Assembly (NCBI GenBank): GCA_943357915.1
Contig: CALRGQ010000001.1
Span: forward strand, 72,816 to 135,948
Direction: 5' to 3'
Origin: Candidatus Peribacteria bacterium
GTDB taxonomy: Bacteria; Patescibacteriota; Gracilibacteria; Peribacterales; Peribacteraceae
DNA length: 63,133 nucleotides
The translations under genes and the position numbers were made by a program. The notes beneath the pieces were generated by a model. It was not told where the DNA came from, did not search any database, and saw nothing but the letters and a program-made list of their open reading frames with translations. Below are positions 1-9,972 of this stretch, piece after piece (position 1 is the first letter of the stretch; the number at the start of each line of letters is the position of its first letter).

Positions 1-1
1 C

Positions 2-211
2 CCGCATGGTTTACTTCTGACGACGGATAGACTCGGGGTTGACCCGAAAAATTCTATCTACGTTGGAGATCAGATTTTTGATCTAGAGGCGGCGAGAGCC
101 GCAGGGATGACAGCATGTCTTATCTATGGGCCGCATTCGCCAAAAGGTGCTGAGAAGCACGCGGATATTGTGGTGGAGTCGCTTGCGGAACTGCAGCTGA
201 AGATTCAGTGA
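2..211 (+). CDS. HAD-family hydrolase, 3' end only (truncated by window edge)
   Basis: Frame 2 translates PHGLLLTTDRLGVDPKNSIYVGDQIFDLEAARAAGM...KIQ*, which matches HAD motif IV (YVGD...D..AA..AGM). Not in the ORF track. Confidence 0.8.
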   Translation, partial: PHGLLLTTDRLGVDPKNSIYVGDQIFDLEAARAAGMTACLIYGPHSPKGAEKHADIVVESLAELQLKIQ

Positions 212-245
212 GCGATCACCTGTACGATTTTCCCTCTTATTTTAC

Positions 246-3200
246 TTACGCATACCGATCCTCTCGCTCGGGCACGAAAGCGCCAATTTGATTTCCTTCT
301 TCGTCGTAGATGATAGGATCCTGAGCCGAACCGTACACTGTGCCACCACTCAGGTTTATGTATTCTCGGATTTCGGCTTGGGTGACGATGCCATCTTCAT
401 TGATGTCTCCAGGGCAGAAAACATTGTTCGCATCATTTTTGTAGGCACCACTTAAAAGCCGCCATCCTAATCCACCGCCCACCACCGTGTTATTGCCAAA
501 TGTTGTCGTATTCTTAGCTGTATATTTCCCGAGATTTTTTTGCATCTTCAGGTGAGAGCCTCCATGACAGGTCGATACATACTTTGTGGAACTCACGCCT
601 GATGCATCAATAAGTTTTAGAATTTCTGAAGAATCAATCCACTCATCCCTTTTTATCACATTGCCTTTGTCATCTTTTTTATCCGTTGGGAATGTATAAG
701 CCATTTTCCCTGCCGCTTCATGTGTGGATTCATATCCGTGGGCATGCAAGACTACCACGACATGCGCTCCAGTTTTCTGTAAAATTTCTAGTTTTCCACG
801 AATCGCTTGATAAAAATCATGCGAGCTTCGGAAGTCATCGGAAATGATTTTATGATTTCCCCCTTCCGGCGCCTGATTTTTTTCATGATGCAGATGCGCA
901 TTTATCTCTTTCGCGAGATCATCTTCTGCTTTAGAAAATTCCTTCGTTGCGATACTCAGAACATGCACTTCTTTTGGTTCTTGTTCTGCAAACTCTTCGC
1001 TCTTTGCAAAAGATTCCCACTGTTTCTTTCGTACATTTGCCCACTCTTCACGAATGTATGTCTGCATGGCAGGCCAATCCTTAAAGTCTCCCTTTTGCAC
1101 CCTCTTGATAATACGTTGATTTACCTGCATCAAAATGCCGTGATCTTTTTCTGCGTCGAAGTAGTGTCGATGTCTCGTAGGATCTGTGTATGGGTATCCA
1201 ACATTCTGAGAGCCATCTTTGAGCGCTGCGAGGATGTGGTCAGCATATTTCTGCTCACTCAAGGTCATCAATCTTTCGAGCAGCCACTGACTATCATGAT
1301 TGAACGGTGTGAATGATAGTTTCTGTGGCAGATTCACCTGTCCGTTGATTCGTGTCAAAAGCTTTGATGCTTTTTGAAACTTCTGTGCATAGGTACTTTC
1401 CGCAATGTATGAGAAGTATTCTAGATACGGTTTACCCACAGTGAGCGCATGAAGTCGTATATCTGTGGTAGGGATACCGATCTTGGGACCTTGAAGTAGA
1501 AGGGCGCTCGGTGCGGCATTCATCCTTTTTCGGATAAAATTTCTGATGGTACTTTCATTTGCTTTATCTTTTGTTGTTTTTCCTGCTTCGTACCACCCCT
1601 CTGCTGGCCTTGCTATCTGGAGAGTATCTTTCTCCTGTTTAAGATGCAGGGCTATTTTATACCTAGGCCCGTCATCTTTCCGATCAATGCATATGTATAT
1701 ATCCGGGCTTGTGCTTGGTCGGGGAAAGTGTGATGAAATCTCATAGAGACTGGCTTCCGTTCCAAGGCTAGACATGATTTCTTTTTTTGCGGATTCCGCT
1801 AGTCGATAAAGATCGTCACACATTGCCGGATAGTTGTCATATTCTTTCACAGAATATTCAAGATCGTATTTTGCATGACTCAAGGCATTGAGATCACTGT
1901 CATTTTCTCGATTTCTGTCTCTCCGCACCGGAATATCTGATTCCGGTAGAAGCGACTTTAGTGTTTTGACTGTTTCCAGCGCTTTTTCAAGTGATGCTTT
2001 GGTGAAAGGCGGTTTCGGCAACACTGCATTCGTCAACGTCTGCAGCTTTCGGGTGATTTGTTGCTCTCTTTCCTCCAAAGAAAACGAAGAGCGAAGATGT
2101 GGTGCCATCAGAGTGGCATCATGGTCATTTCTCTCACTTTCTATATTTTTCTCCTTCAATATTTTTTGAGCACTATCAATTCGCAAGAGAAGAAAAGGGA
2201 TTTCGTTTACAGCACTGACACTACCATTCAGCCACGCACTTTCCAGTGATACGGATAGTATTCCTATTTCTTTCGCCATACTCGTTAACTCTTCCTTCGT
2301 TGCATTCTGTGTGTCCTTGAGTGCTTCTTCGTACTCGAGCATCCTGGTTTTTGCTTTCGGTAGCTCTCGTGCGATGAAGGCGTCTGCAGGTTCGCCTTCT
2401 TGTTTCATTCTTTCCAGAACGCTCCCAGCCTCGCTTCTCGTTTTTTCTATATATTCACCATAATACGATACGCCAGCACTTGAAGGATTCTCTGCGACCT
2501 CGTTATAAAGAACAGTTGCATAGTAGTTAAGGTTACCTTTTGTTTTTCGTGCTTCAAATACTTCATGCAGATCTTCCGACGAATCGATTTCCTGTAGTGC
2601 TTCAAGAGTACGAATGTATATTTCTCGCGCTGTTTCTAGTAGAACTAGATTATCTCCTAACTTCTTCAGGTATTCCTCCGTGGGCTCATTCACTGACTTG
2701 TTTAATTCACTCTTTTCCGTGAGTGGAATGTAGTACGCCCACCTTATATCTCGAAATTTTCGAATCTCTTCGCCAATGCGCTTGAGTAGCGCTGCTTCAG
2801 CTTCCCTTGGCGGTATTTCAATCTTTTCAGCGTCTCGCTCCTCTTCACCTATTTCCTCTTTTAGTTTCGTGAGATTTGATCTTGCTTCCTGTTGAGCCTT
2901 AAATCGAAGGACTTCAGGAGGCGCCTCTTCGGTTGTAGCCTGCTCGATATAATCTTCAGCCGTCGGATCATACTTGGCGACTACTCCTGATGTTGTGACG
3001 AGGTAGAAGCTTGTGCGGCTTAACTTGAGAACCCAGCCATCTTCACCGTTGAACTTCGATGTCGTCTGTATCCATCGATCAGGAAAGTGTGGATTTTTTT
3101 CTTTTGCCTTTAGTTCGACATCGGGGTGCAGAAGTGCCTTCTGCGCATCGGTCATCTTGTCGTACCGCACCCAAGCATTATCGAAGGCAGCTCCTACCCG

Positions 3201-3365
3201 TCCCGAATCTGTCACGATGTAGTGATCACATGCTCCATCCTCATGCTTGTAGGTATAGAGCGTTGCTTTTTCATTCAGATACTCCGTAGCTTCTTCTTTA
3301 GAGAGCGTAGGTTGCGCTTTAAGGGTCTCATTTTGCTCTGCCTGCACTTTGGGTTCCTCAAACAT
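246..3365 (-). CDS. Large hypothetical protein with C-terminal caspase-like (clan CD) peptidase domain
   Basis: 1039 aa ORF. The C-terminal region has VVVVLHAHG, YVSTCHGGS, GDINEDGIVTQAEIREYIN and QDP motifs. TGCTATAAT lies at 3376-3384 and GAGGA just before the ATG. Confidence 0.7.
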   Translation of the reverse strand: MFEEPKVQAEQNETLKAQPTLSKEEATEYLNEKATLYTYKHEDGACDHYIVTDSGRVGAAFDNAWVRYDKMTDAQKALLHPDVELKAKEKNPHFPDRWIQTTSKFNGEDGWVLKLSRTSFYLVTTSGVVAKYDPTAEDYIEQATTEEAPPEVLRFKAQQEARSNLTKLKEEIGEEERDAEKIEIPPREAEAALLKRIGEEIRKFRDIRWAYYIPLTEKSELNKSVNEPTEEYLKKLGDNLVLLETAREIYIRTLEALQEIDSSEDLHEVFEARKTKGNLNYYATVLYNEVAENPSSAGVSYYGEYIEKTRSEAGSVLERMKQEGEPADAFIARELPKAKTRMLEYEEALKDTQNATKEELTSMAKEIGILSVSLESAWLNGSVSAVNEIPFLLLRIDSAQKILKEKNIESERNDHDATLMAPHLRSSFSLEEREQQITRKLQTLTNAVLPKPPFTKASLEKALETVKTLKSLLPESDIPVRRDRNRENDSDLNALSHAKYDLEYSVKEYDNYPAMCDDLYRLAESAKKEIMSSLGTEASLYEISSHFPRPSTSPDIYICIDRKDDGPRYKIALHLKQEKDTLQIARPAEGWYEAGKTTKDKANESTIRNFIRKRMNAAPSALLLQGPKIGIPTTDIRLHALTVGKPYLEYFSYIAESTYAQKFQKASKLLTRINGQVNLPQKLSFTPFNHDSQWLLERLMTLSEQKYADHILAALKDGSQNVGYPYTDPTRHRHYFDAEKDHGILMQVNQRIIKRVQKGDFKDWPAMQTYIREEWANVRKKQWESFAKSEEFAEQEPKEVHVLSIATKEFSKAEDDLAKEINAHLHHEKNQAPEGGNHKIISDDFRSSHDFYQAIRGKLEILQKTGAHVVVVLHAHGYESTHEAAGKMAYTFPTDKKDDKGNVIKRDEWIDSSEILKLIDASGVSSTKYVSTCHGGSHLKMQKNLGKYTAKNTTTFGNNTVVGGGLGWRLLSGAYKNDANNVFCPGDINEDGIVTQAEIREYINLSGGTVYGSAQDPIIYDEEGNQIGAFVPEREDRYA

Positions 3366-3472
3366 AAATCCTCATATTATAGCATATCTATGCGGGAATT
3401 TCTATGTTCGGATTCCTTCTTGGATATCAAAGAAACATCATAAGCCTTGAGCATGGATAGTGTGTATTCCTT

Positions 3473-6400
3473 CTAGAAGAAGCTTCCTCCTCCCCCAAAT
3501 TTATACTGAGTCCTTTTCTCTTCACTCATATGATCACTCATGTATAAGCTTTCTCCTTTTTTTGCTAATATTTTCCCAATGTCGTCACTCACGTCTGTAA
3601 TTCCTGTCAAGATAACAGTCCCCGGAATCTCCACGAGTGCATTCGCGAGATCTATACTGATTGATTCTAAGCCCTCTAAAGACAGTTGTCCCCCCTTAAA
3701 ATCTTTAAAGTGACGTAACACTTCTGGAGTCAGCGTTTTTTCCGTTAGATTATCTAGTCCCAAATATTCTCCTGCAAACGGAGCGAGCGCAGTCGCTGCA
3801 TTTTCGTCCAGCGACGTAATTCCAAGATTGAGAGAAGGCCTAGAAACGGAAGCTAAGAATCTCGCGTCCTCTGCTGATATCGTATCTAATTTCGATAAAC
3901 TGAGACTCACATCGGTTTTCAAATTTTTTAGTTCTGCTGCTACGCCACCTGGCAGGCTAGTGAGCCCATTTAATTCAAGACTACTATTATTCTTTGCGAG
4001 CTCGCGAGCAACATTTGGTGTTAAAAATGCTACATTTATACCATTAAGTGAAAGATAAGAATTCATAGCGACCAAACCCCTTGCCTCACTTTCGGTTAAG
4101 AATGTAAGCCCACCGAAAGAGAGGCAAGAATCGTATTTTTCAAAATCCGCGATCAGCGTTGGTGTTAATTCTTTTATTCCATTCAGAGAAAGGAATGTAC
4201 CTGCTTCCTTAAATATTTTTACTACATCACTCTCGAGAGACGAAAGGCCGTTCAGGCTAAGGTCGTGTGGGATTTCCGATAAAGCAGTTGCTTGATCAGC
4301 ATTCAATGACGTTAATCCATCGAGTGAGAGCTTGTAACCGGTAAATTCTCCTAAAGCAGTTGCAAGATCTGAAGGCAGTTCCGTTAGCCCATTCAATGAA
4401 AGCTCTGCTAGATTAGGAAGTATTTTTGCTATTTCAGGCGTCATACTCGTGAGTCCATTGAGCGCAACTTTTGTTCCTTTGCTTGCAATAATCTCCGCAA
4501 CCTCGGCACTCAGTGGTTCTGTCACACTTGAAAGATCTATAAACACAGGATTTTCTTTCAATAGCCTTGTAGCGACTTCTGTTGACAGAGTTTTTTCGGT
4601 ACTTTTATTTGGGTCCCTCGGCATCGGAGGATCTTCATCGCCTGTTTCATCTTTTCCTGGCGGGATGGGTAGGGGAGTAACAGAGTCTCCTTTTTCTTGC
4701 TCAGATTTCTTTGTCTTATCTACCTTGTACTCTTTATCCAAATATTCCAAGAACTCCGATCGCCATGTCTTTTTTGTCGTATCAACCGTCTTTCTACCTT
4801 CGGTGTTTTTTAGATATATTTTTAATGTTTCGGGGCTCAATGTTGTGCTGAACAGGCCTTTCATATATTCGTATTCTGCTTTTTCTCCTAGATCTACAGG
4901 TTCGGCTTGTCTACCGAGTTCGATAATTGGGATGATCCATGCAGGATCAACAACTTCAAACCTACCAGTATCGTCCTGTTCCAACCCAGAATTTATCATA
5001 CTAATTCTAAAGTTTTCTTCACCGACTTTTTGCGTTTGAACTCTGAAGTCTTTCGTTCCCTTCTTATTGGTGATCAAGGCAATTTGTATCTTTTTGTCTA
5101 GAAGTTGGTACATCAAGTCTACTTCGATTTGTTTAGCCCCTTCTCCTGCAAAGACAATTTCTCTAAAGTTTTCAAAAGAATATTTTCCACCCTGCTTATT
5201 GATTTCTTGTAGGATATTTGAATATTTACTTTTCGCTAGATCATTCAAGGATTTTAGGATAGACAGCAATCCATCTAATTTTTGATCATCGGACCTTGCT
5301 TCAGGCCGAGATATTGTTTCATTTGATATTTCTTCTCGTAGGTTATTTATCTCTTTCAATGAAACAGCTTCGATGGGTTGCTTGCTTAATTCCTCCACCC
5401 TCGCTTTAAAACCTTTCATTTTTTCTTCTAGTGGATCAGTGTCTTTTTCCCTCTCATCAGCTGCTAACAAATGCTCCTCTATTTTCTTGATGACTTTATC
5501 AGTCTCATTTACGTATGAAATAGCAAACCTACCCTTGTCTCTTTTTACAATAACGTTCATTATAACACTTCCATCGATAGCGATATCAATGTCAAGCCAA
5601 CAGGATTGGCCACCTCTCGTCAGCTCCCAGCGAATCAGTTGAGCGTATGGATCATTTTGCTCTACAAAGACTGTTCCCTTGGGGAATCTGGGCTGTAGGT
5701 TTGTAAAAATTTTATTGATATTCTTTACCCTTTCTTTTTTTTCGTTTATCTCAGATTCCAATTTTTTGATTTCCTCAGCTTCCTTATCGCTTGGACTATA
5801 TTGTTTTGCTTGATCTAAAGCTGTTTTTGCTTCATCTAGATTGTCTTCCTTCAATAATTGGCATAGTCCTATGCCACAAGCAGCACTCTTTAAAACCAAA
5901 CCTTCTTTTAGTAATTTTATGGCAGCATCTTTCTCTTGGATTATTAAAAAACATTTGGCACCTAAATATCGGACTGATATATCTGTAGGTTTTTCAGTAC
6001 AAAATCTTCCGATTTCAGCTTTTACCTTTGCCACGTTTATACCATCACCCATAGGTGTCTCGTGGTTTGCTACGAGATATAGGAGCAAAAGACGAATGTC
6101 TTTTTCTTGGTTTTTTTCTATAATGTCAATATACATTTGACTCGCCCATTGCAATTGGGATTTTTTTACTTCGAGTTTTTCCAACAAAATAATTATTTGA
6201 TCCGGTTCTAGTTTTTGAATTTCTGTTTGCATAGAATTCAATGCTTCCTGATCTGCGTTTGTCAGATCTCTCTGGAGAATGTCGCTCAGTGCTGGCATTT
6301 TAGCTCCTAAATCATCTTTTCCCTTCTCAGCGTCTGTTAACAAATAATTGTTTATTTTCTGAATGACTTTATTAGTATCATTTAGAGTGAATGTATATTT

Positions 6401-9400
6401 TGGAAAGAATTGATTTAGAACATTTCCTTCTCTTAGTCTTTGACTTACTTCAATAGACAGCTCCCCAGGGATGTCAGAGCCTATCTTTAGCCTACAAGAT
6501 TGATCACCTCTTGTTAATTGCCATTGTCTAAAGTCTGGTTCTTGATAATCTGGGATTTCCACTTTTGTTCCTTCCGGAAATTTGGACTGTAGGTCTGTAA
6601 AAATTTTATTGATATTCTTTGTCCTTTCTTCAAGCTTTTCATCTTTCTCGGCATCAGTCTCTTTTTTCTTCTCTTCTGCCAATGATTTTCCTGATTGGTC
6701 ACATTCGATCAGTGTTCCAGTTGCGTCAATTTTAAAGCAGGATTTGCCATTCTCGCTTTGATAAATACCATCCTTTTCTACCATCAACTTTCCATAATAG
6801 TCGAAGTATTGGTTTCCATCTTTTCCTTTGTAGATGGTATTGGTTAGCGTTCCTTGCATCGCTACAGTTACTTCTTTAAATGAATTATCTTTTTCAAGAA
6901 TATAGGAGGTATTTATATCGTTTATTTTATTCCAGATATTACTATCTGTAGCATAAGTATTGAAGAATACGTCATTTCCATGCTTGCGGAATCCAATGCT
7001 ATTGGTTGTTATTTTTGTTATATCAGGTTTTAACGTACCTTTTTCTTGTTGGAAGTTTTTTTTGACTTCCTCAGGGGCTTTTGGATCGATTATAAGATCT
7101 TCCCCCTTCGGCATCGGCACATCTTCATCTTTATCAGCTTCTCCTGTCGGGATGGGCGGGGGAGAGTTACTCTCATTGATTTTTTTGTATTTATCAAAGT
7201 TTTCATTGATTTCCTTTAACTGTGTCGTCAATTTTGCCGCATTAGTCTCTCCTTCTTTATTTATATTTATTTTTAGTTCCGGAATAATTCTACCCCATAT
7301 TTTCGCTGCCTCATCGTATTTTCCAGATATCGCAAGTATACATGCTTTAGTATCTTCGTAGCCCAGATCTCCCGATCCGATTTCTATTGCCCTATTGATA
7401 ACAACAAGCGCTCTATCTTTTTGCTCTTGCGTTGGATGTGGCATCTGCGAAATAGCATATGCATATAAATTTGGTGCTTCTGGGTCGATAGCATTACCTG
7501 TCTTAGCATCCATAATTTTCTCTAAATAAACCAGTAGTTCATCGAATTTATTTTCTCTGAATAGATCTTCAGCTTTTTTACTGTCCATTTTTTCAAAGCA
7601 ATGCAGAATTTTCCCTGTTAGATCGAAGGAAATTTCTGCAATGTTCTCAACAACAGCATTCCCGTCTTCGTTTATCGTCGTTGGTCTTGTCCATATTTTT
7701 ACTTGATATGAAGATACTTCATTTCTACCTTCTTCACCTACGTTTGCTACTTCCATTGAGTGAGTTTGTGAGCTGATTCTTCCTTGTAATTTTTTATCAA
7801 TCATTTCCATGAGTCTTTCATATCGTGGTTCACCGGGTTTGATTGATGTATCAGCATTGAAATTCTTCAGAATGCCTGGGATCGTCGCGGGTTTTTCTGT
7901 TTCTTCTCCTGGTGGTGGTGGCTCTGGCACGCCTTCGTCTACGTTTCCTGTCGGGATTTCTATGAGTGAATCTAGATCGACTTCTTCACCCGCTTTACCC
8001 TGACCACTTACACGGCATGAACCAAGGTTTTTTTGTGTCCCATTTAAAAAACTACTGACAACAGAGAAGGTGCCGCTGCCAAAAAATGCGATGCGCATTT
8101 CGCCTGCATCATCACGGTATACCATGATGTCACTATTTGGATCTTTTCGGTCACCAACTTCCATGTTCTCAACATTGATCTGTGTGACGGGTCCGGTATT
8201 GTTTTTTGTGATGTATAAGTTCTGAATTGGACCTCCCGCTGATGTAGTATCGATTGGCTGAGTGATGCCTAGGGCGTCTTGTAATGCATGCTTACTCTCG
8301 ATCTCCTGCTTTTTCTCTGTAGCTGCCTCACCAACAACGATGTCTCTTCCATCGACGTGGTATGTTCCTTCCCTTGTAAATGAAAGAGATACGCCTGTCG
8401 CATCATAATTTGTCGTACTACCTGGCGCCATTCGCTTCACTTTATAGGTGATGCCCCAATTCTTCATTTTCTGAGCCTCGGAGCTATTATCAAAAATTGA
8501 CCTCTTGCTTGGTGATAGTTTAATGGTTTGGCTCATGCCAAATTCATCTCGTGGTGTCCTGATCATGACTCGCTTATCTCTATCATTCCAAAGCTTGATG
8601 TGTGTTATCACGCCATCTTCATTGAACGGGATGTTGCCATACTCGGCAAGGCCTTGCTGCTGCTTATCAATGGTGTCGAGACGTGTGCGTAGCGTCGCAA
8701 GATGGTGGTAACGTACCGTTCTATCGTTTGCTCCAGGTCTACTTATAAGATCTTGATATTGCTCAACTGCCTCTTGTGCCGCTGGATTGTCTGAAAGGTG
8801 ATCATATTTTCCATTCTGAAAAATGTCATGTGCGATCCTCCCGGCATGATGATTCGCCATATCGCTACTGGATATCTTTCTTTTATTTGCGCGAACATCT
8901 TTGTGGATATATACACTGTTTTCACCAGTTTTGTACGTAGTACCTTCGCTGTTCTGTATATGTTGCGCCATCGCTGCATCCGACCAATTCACTGGGTTCG
9001 GGATATTTCTCTGAGAGTTAAAGCTTTGGCCGAAGTGTGCTGCGGTTGGATTATGATTATGAAAGCGCTTGAGCTCTGCCAAGGTCGGTGGCCTGCGATA
9101 GGGTGTATGCGATGCCATCGCTGTACGAGCCCCTTGTGGCAGTGGGTAGTTCCCCGAATATCCTCCTGAGAAATTTTGTTGTATGAATTGATCCGTTCTT
9201 GCCGGAGGCAGCAAAGTACGTTCATGGATTGATGGGAAAGAATATCCTCCGTTTTCTTGTAGTTCGGGTCTGAACCCGTTTACTACTATCCTCTCTCTCA
9301 ATTCCGCGATGATAGCGGTTCTGCGTGCCTCAGCGTCTCGAAGTGTCTTTACTTCTGCCCGTACTGTTACAAGTTCTTTATCTTGCTTTGCTAAACGAGC

Positions 9401-9556
9401 TTCTAACTTAGCCAAACGAGCATCACGAGGATCTACATTTGTCGTCTCTTCAGGTTCTGCGGGTGGGAGCAGTTTATTAGACTCTTCAAAAATTAACCGA
9501 TGCTCACGCATCTGCGATTCATTGTCACGGCCGAACGTGGAGAATGGGTGCATCAT
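3473..9556 (-). CDS. Giant modular protein (TPR-like segments, duplicated module, C-terminal LRR-like repeats)
   Basis: 2027 aa ORF with repeated L(S/E)L(N/D)GLTxL motifs at the C-terminus, two copies of KNINKIFTxLQ..FPxGT...WxLTRGxQSC, and TPR-like helices. Its start overlaps the upstream stop (ATGA). Confidence 0.8.
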   Translation of the reverse strand: MMHPFSTFGRDNESQMREHRLIFEESNKLLPPAEPEETTNVDPRDARLAKLEARLAKQDKELVTVRAEVKTLRDAEARRTAIIAELRERIVVNGFRPELQENGGYSFPSIHERTLLPPARTDQFIQQNFSGGYSGNYPLPQGARTAMASHTPYRRPPTLAELKRFHNHNPTAAHFGQSFNSQRNIPNPVNWSDAAMAQHIQNSEGTTYKTGENSVYIHKDVRANKRKISSSDMANHHAGRIAHDIFQNGKYDHLSDNPAAQEAVEQYQDLISRPGANDRTVRYHHLATLRTRLDTIDKQQQGLAEYGNIPFNEDGVITHIKLWNDRDKRVMIRTPRDEFGMSQTIKLSPSKRSIFDNSSEAQKMKNWGITYKVKRMAPGSTTNYDATGVSLSFTREGTYHVDGRDIVVGEAATEKKQEIESKHALQDALGITQPIDTTSAGGPIQNLYITKNNTGPVTQINVENMEVGDRKDPNSDIMVYRDDAGEMRIAFFGSGTFSVVSSFLNGTQKNLGSCRVSGQGKAGEEVDLDSLIEIPTGNVDEGVPEPPPPGEETEKPATIPGILKNFNADTSIKPGEPRYERLMEMIDKKLQGRISSQTHSMEVANVGEEGRNEVSSYQVKIWTRPTTINEDGNAVVENIAEISFDLTGKILHCFEKMDSKKAEDLFRENKFDELLVYLEKIMDAKTGNAIDPEAPNLYAYAISQMPHPTQEQKDRALVVINRAIEIGSGDLGYEDTKACILAISGKYDEAAKIWGRIIPELKININKEGETNAAKLTTQLKEINENFDKYKKINESNSPPPIPTGEADKDEDVPMPKGEDLIIDPKAPEEVKKNFQQEKGTLKPDITKITTNSIGFRKHGNDVFFNTYATDSNIWNKINDINTSYILEKDNSFKEVTVAMQGTLTNTIYKGKDGNQYFDYYGKLMVEKDGIYQSENGKSCFKIDATGTLIECDQSGKSLAEEKKKETDAEKDEKLEERTKNINKIFTDLQSKFPEGTKVEIPDYQEPDFRQWQLTRGDQSCRLKIGSDIPGELSIEVSQRLREGNVLNQFFPKYTFTLNDTNKVIQKINNYLLTDAEKGKDDLGAKMPALSDILQRDLTNADQEALNSMQTEIQKLEPDQIIILLEKLEVKKSQLQWASQMYIDIIEKNQEKDIRLLLLYLVANHETPMGDGINVAKVKAEIGRFCTEKPTDISVRYLGAKCFLIIQEKDAAIKLLKEGLVLKSAACGIGLCQLLKEDNLDEAKTALDQAKQYSPSDKEAEEIKKLESEINEKKERVKNINKIFTNLQPRFPKGTVFVEQNDPYAQLIRWELTRGGQSCWLDIDIAIDGSVIMNVIVKRDKGRFAISYVNETDKVIKKIEEHLLAADEREKDTDPLEEKMKGFKARVEELSKQPIEAVSLKEINNLREEISNETISRPEARSDDQKLDGLLSILKSLNDLAKSKYSNILQEINKQGGKYSFENFREIVFAGEGAKQIEVDLMYQLLDKKIQIALITNKKGTKDFRVQTQKVGEENFRISMINSGLEQDDTGRFEVVDPAWIIPIIELGRQAEPVDLGEKAEYEYMKGLFSTTLSPETLKIYLKNTEGRKTVDTTKKTWRSEFLEYLDKEYKVDKTKKSEQEKGDSVTPLPIPPGKDETGDEDPPMPRDPNKSTEKTLSTEVATRLLKENPVFIDLSSVTEPLSAEVAEIIASKGTKVALNGLTSMTPEIAKILPNLAELSLNGLTELPSDLATALGEFTGYKLSLDGLTSLNADQATALSEIPHDLSLNGLSSLESDVVKIFKEAGTFLSLNGIKELTPTLIADFEKYDSCLSFGGLTFLTESEARGLVAMNSYLSLNGINVAFLTPNVARELAKNNSSLELNGLTSLPGGVAAELKNLKTDVSLSLSKLDTISAEDARFLASVSRPSLNLGITSLDENAATALAPFAGEYLGLDNLTEKTLTPEVLRHFKDFKGGQLSLEGLESISIDLANALVEIPGTVILTGITDVSDDIGKILAKKGESLYMSDHMSEEKRTQYKFGGGGSFF

Positions 9557-9894
9557 TGGTCTTGGATTTTTTGTGTGAGTGTTTCCAGTGCCTTTGTTCC
9601 CTCCTCTGCATCTTCTTCTTTTGCGATCGTGTTTATCTTTTGTACTATGTCATCGCAGAAGGCCTGAGCGTCATCACAGAATGCGTTTATCGCTGTTTCG
9701 CAGATGTTATAGGCCAGTGAGTACTGGGCATAGCGTGCGTCGTGCTCTTCTTTTGTTTCATTCTTATACGGGGTGTCGAGGGTTGGAATATTTGCCGAGA
9801 CGAGATCCGGCTCGATGTGACTCATGAAAAAATCGTACAAGGTTTCCGCACTCTCGAATGCCTTTGCAGGGACAACGTGTGGGATTTTTCTCAT
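9553..9894 (-). CDS. Hypothetical protein (about 113 aa, acidic, helical)
   Basis: Start moved to MRKIPH because TGCTATAAT lies inside the longer ORF's N-terminal extension. The stop overlaps the start of the giant gene. Confidence 0.7.
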   Translation of the reverse strand: MRKIPHVVPAKAFESAETLYDFFMSHIEPDLVSANIPTLDTPYKNETKEEHDARYAQYSLAYNICETAINAFCDDAQAFCDDIVQKINTIAKEEDAEEGTKALETLTQKIQDQ

Positions 9895-9972
9895 AGGTTT
9901 TTGTGTGGATTTCAGATCATTATAGCATAAAAGATGGATTTTTGGCAATGCGTTATTCCTCTCGTGCACTCC

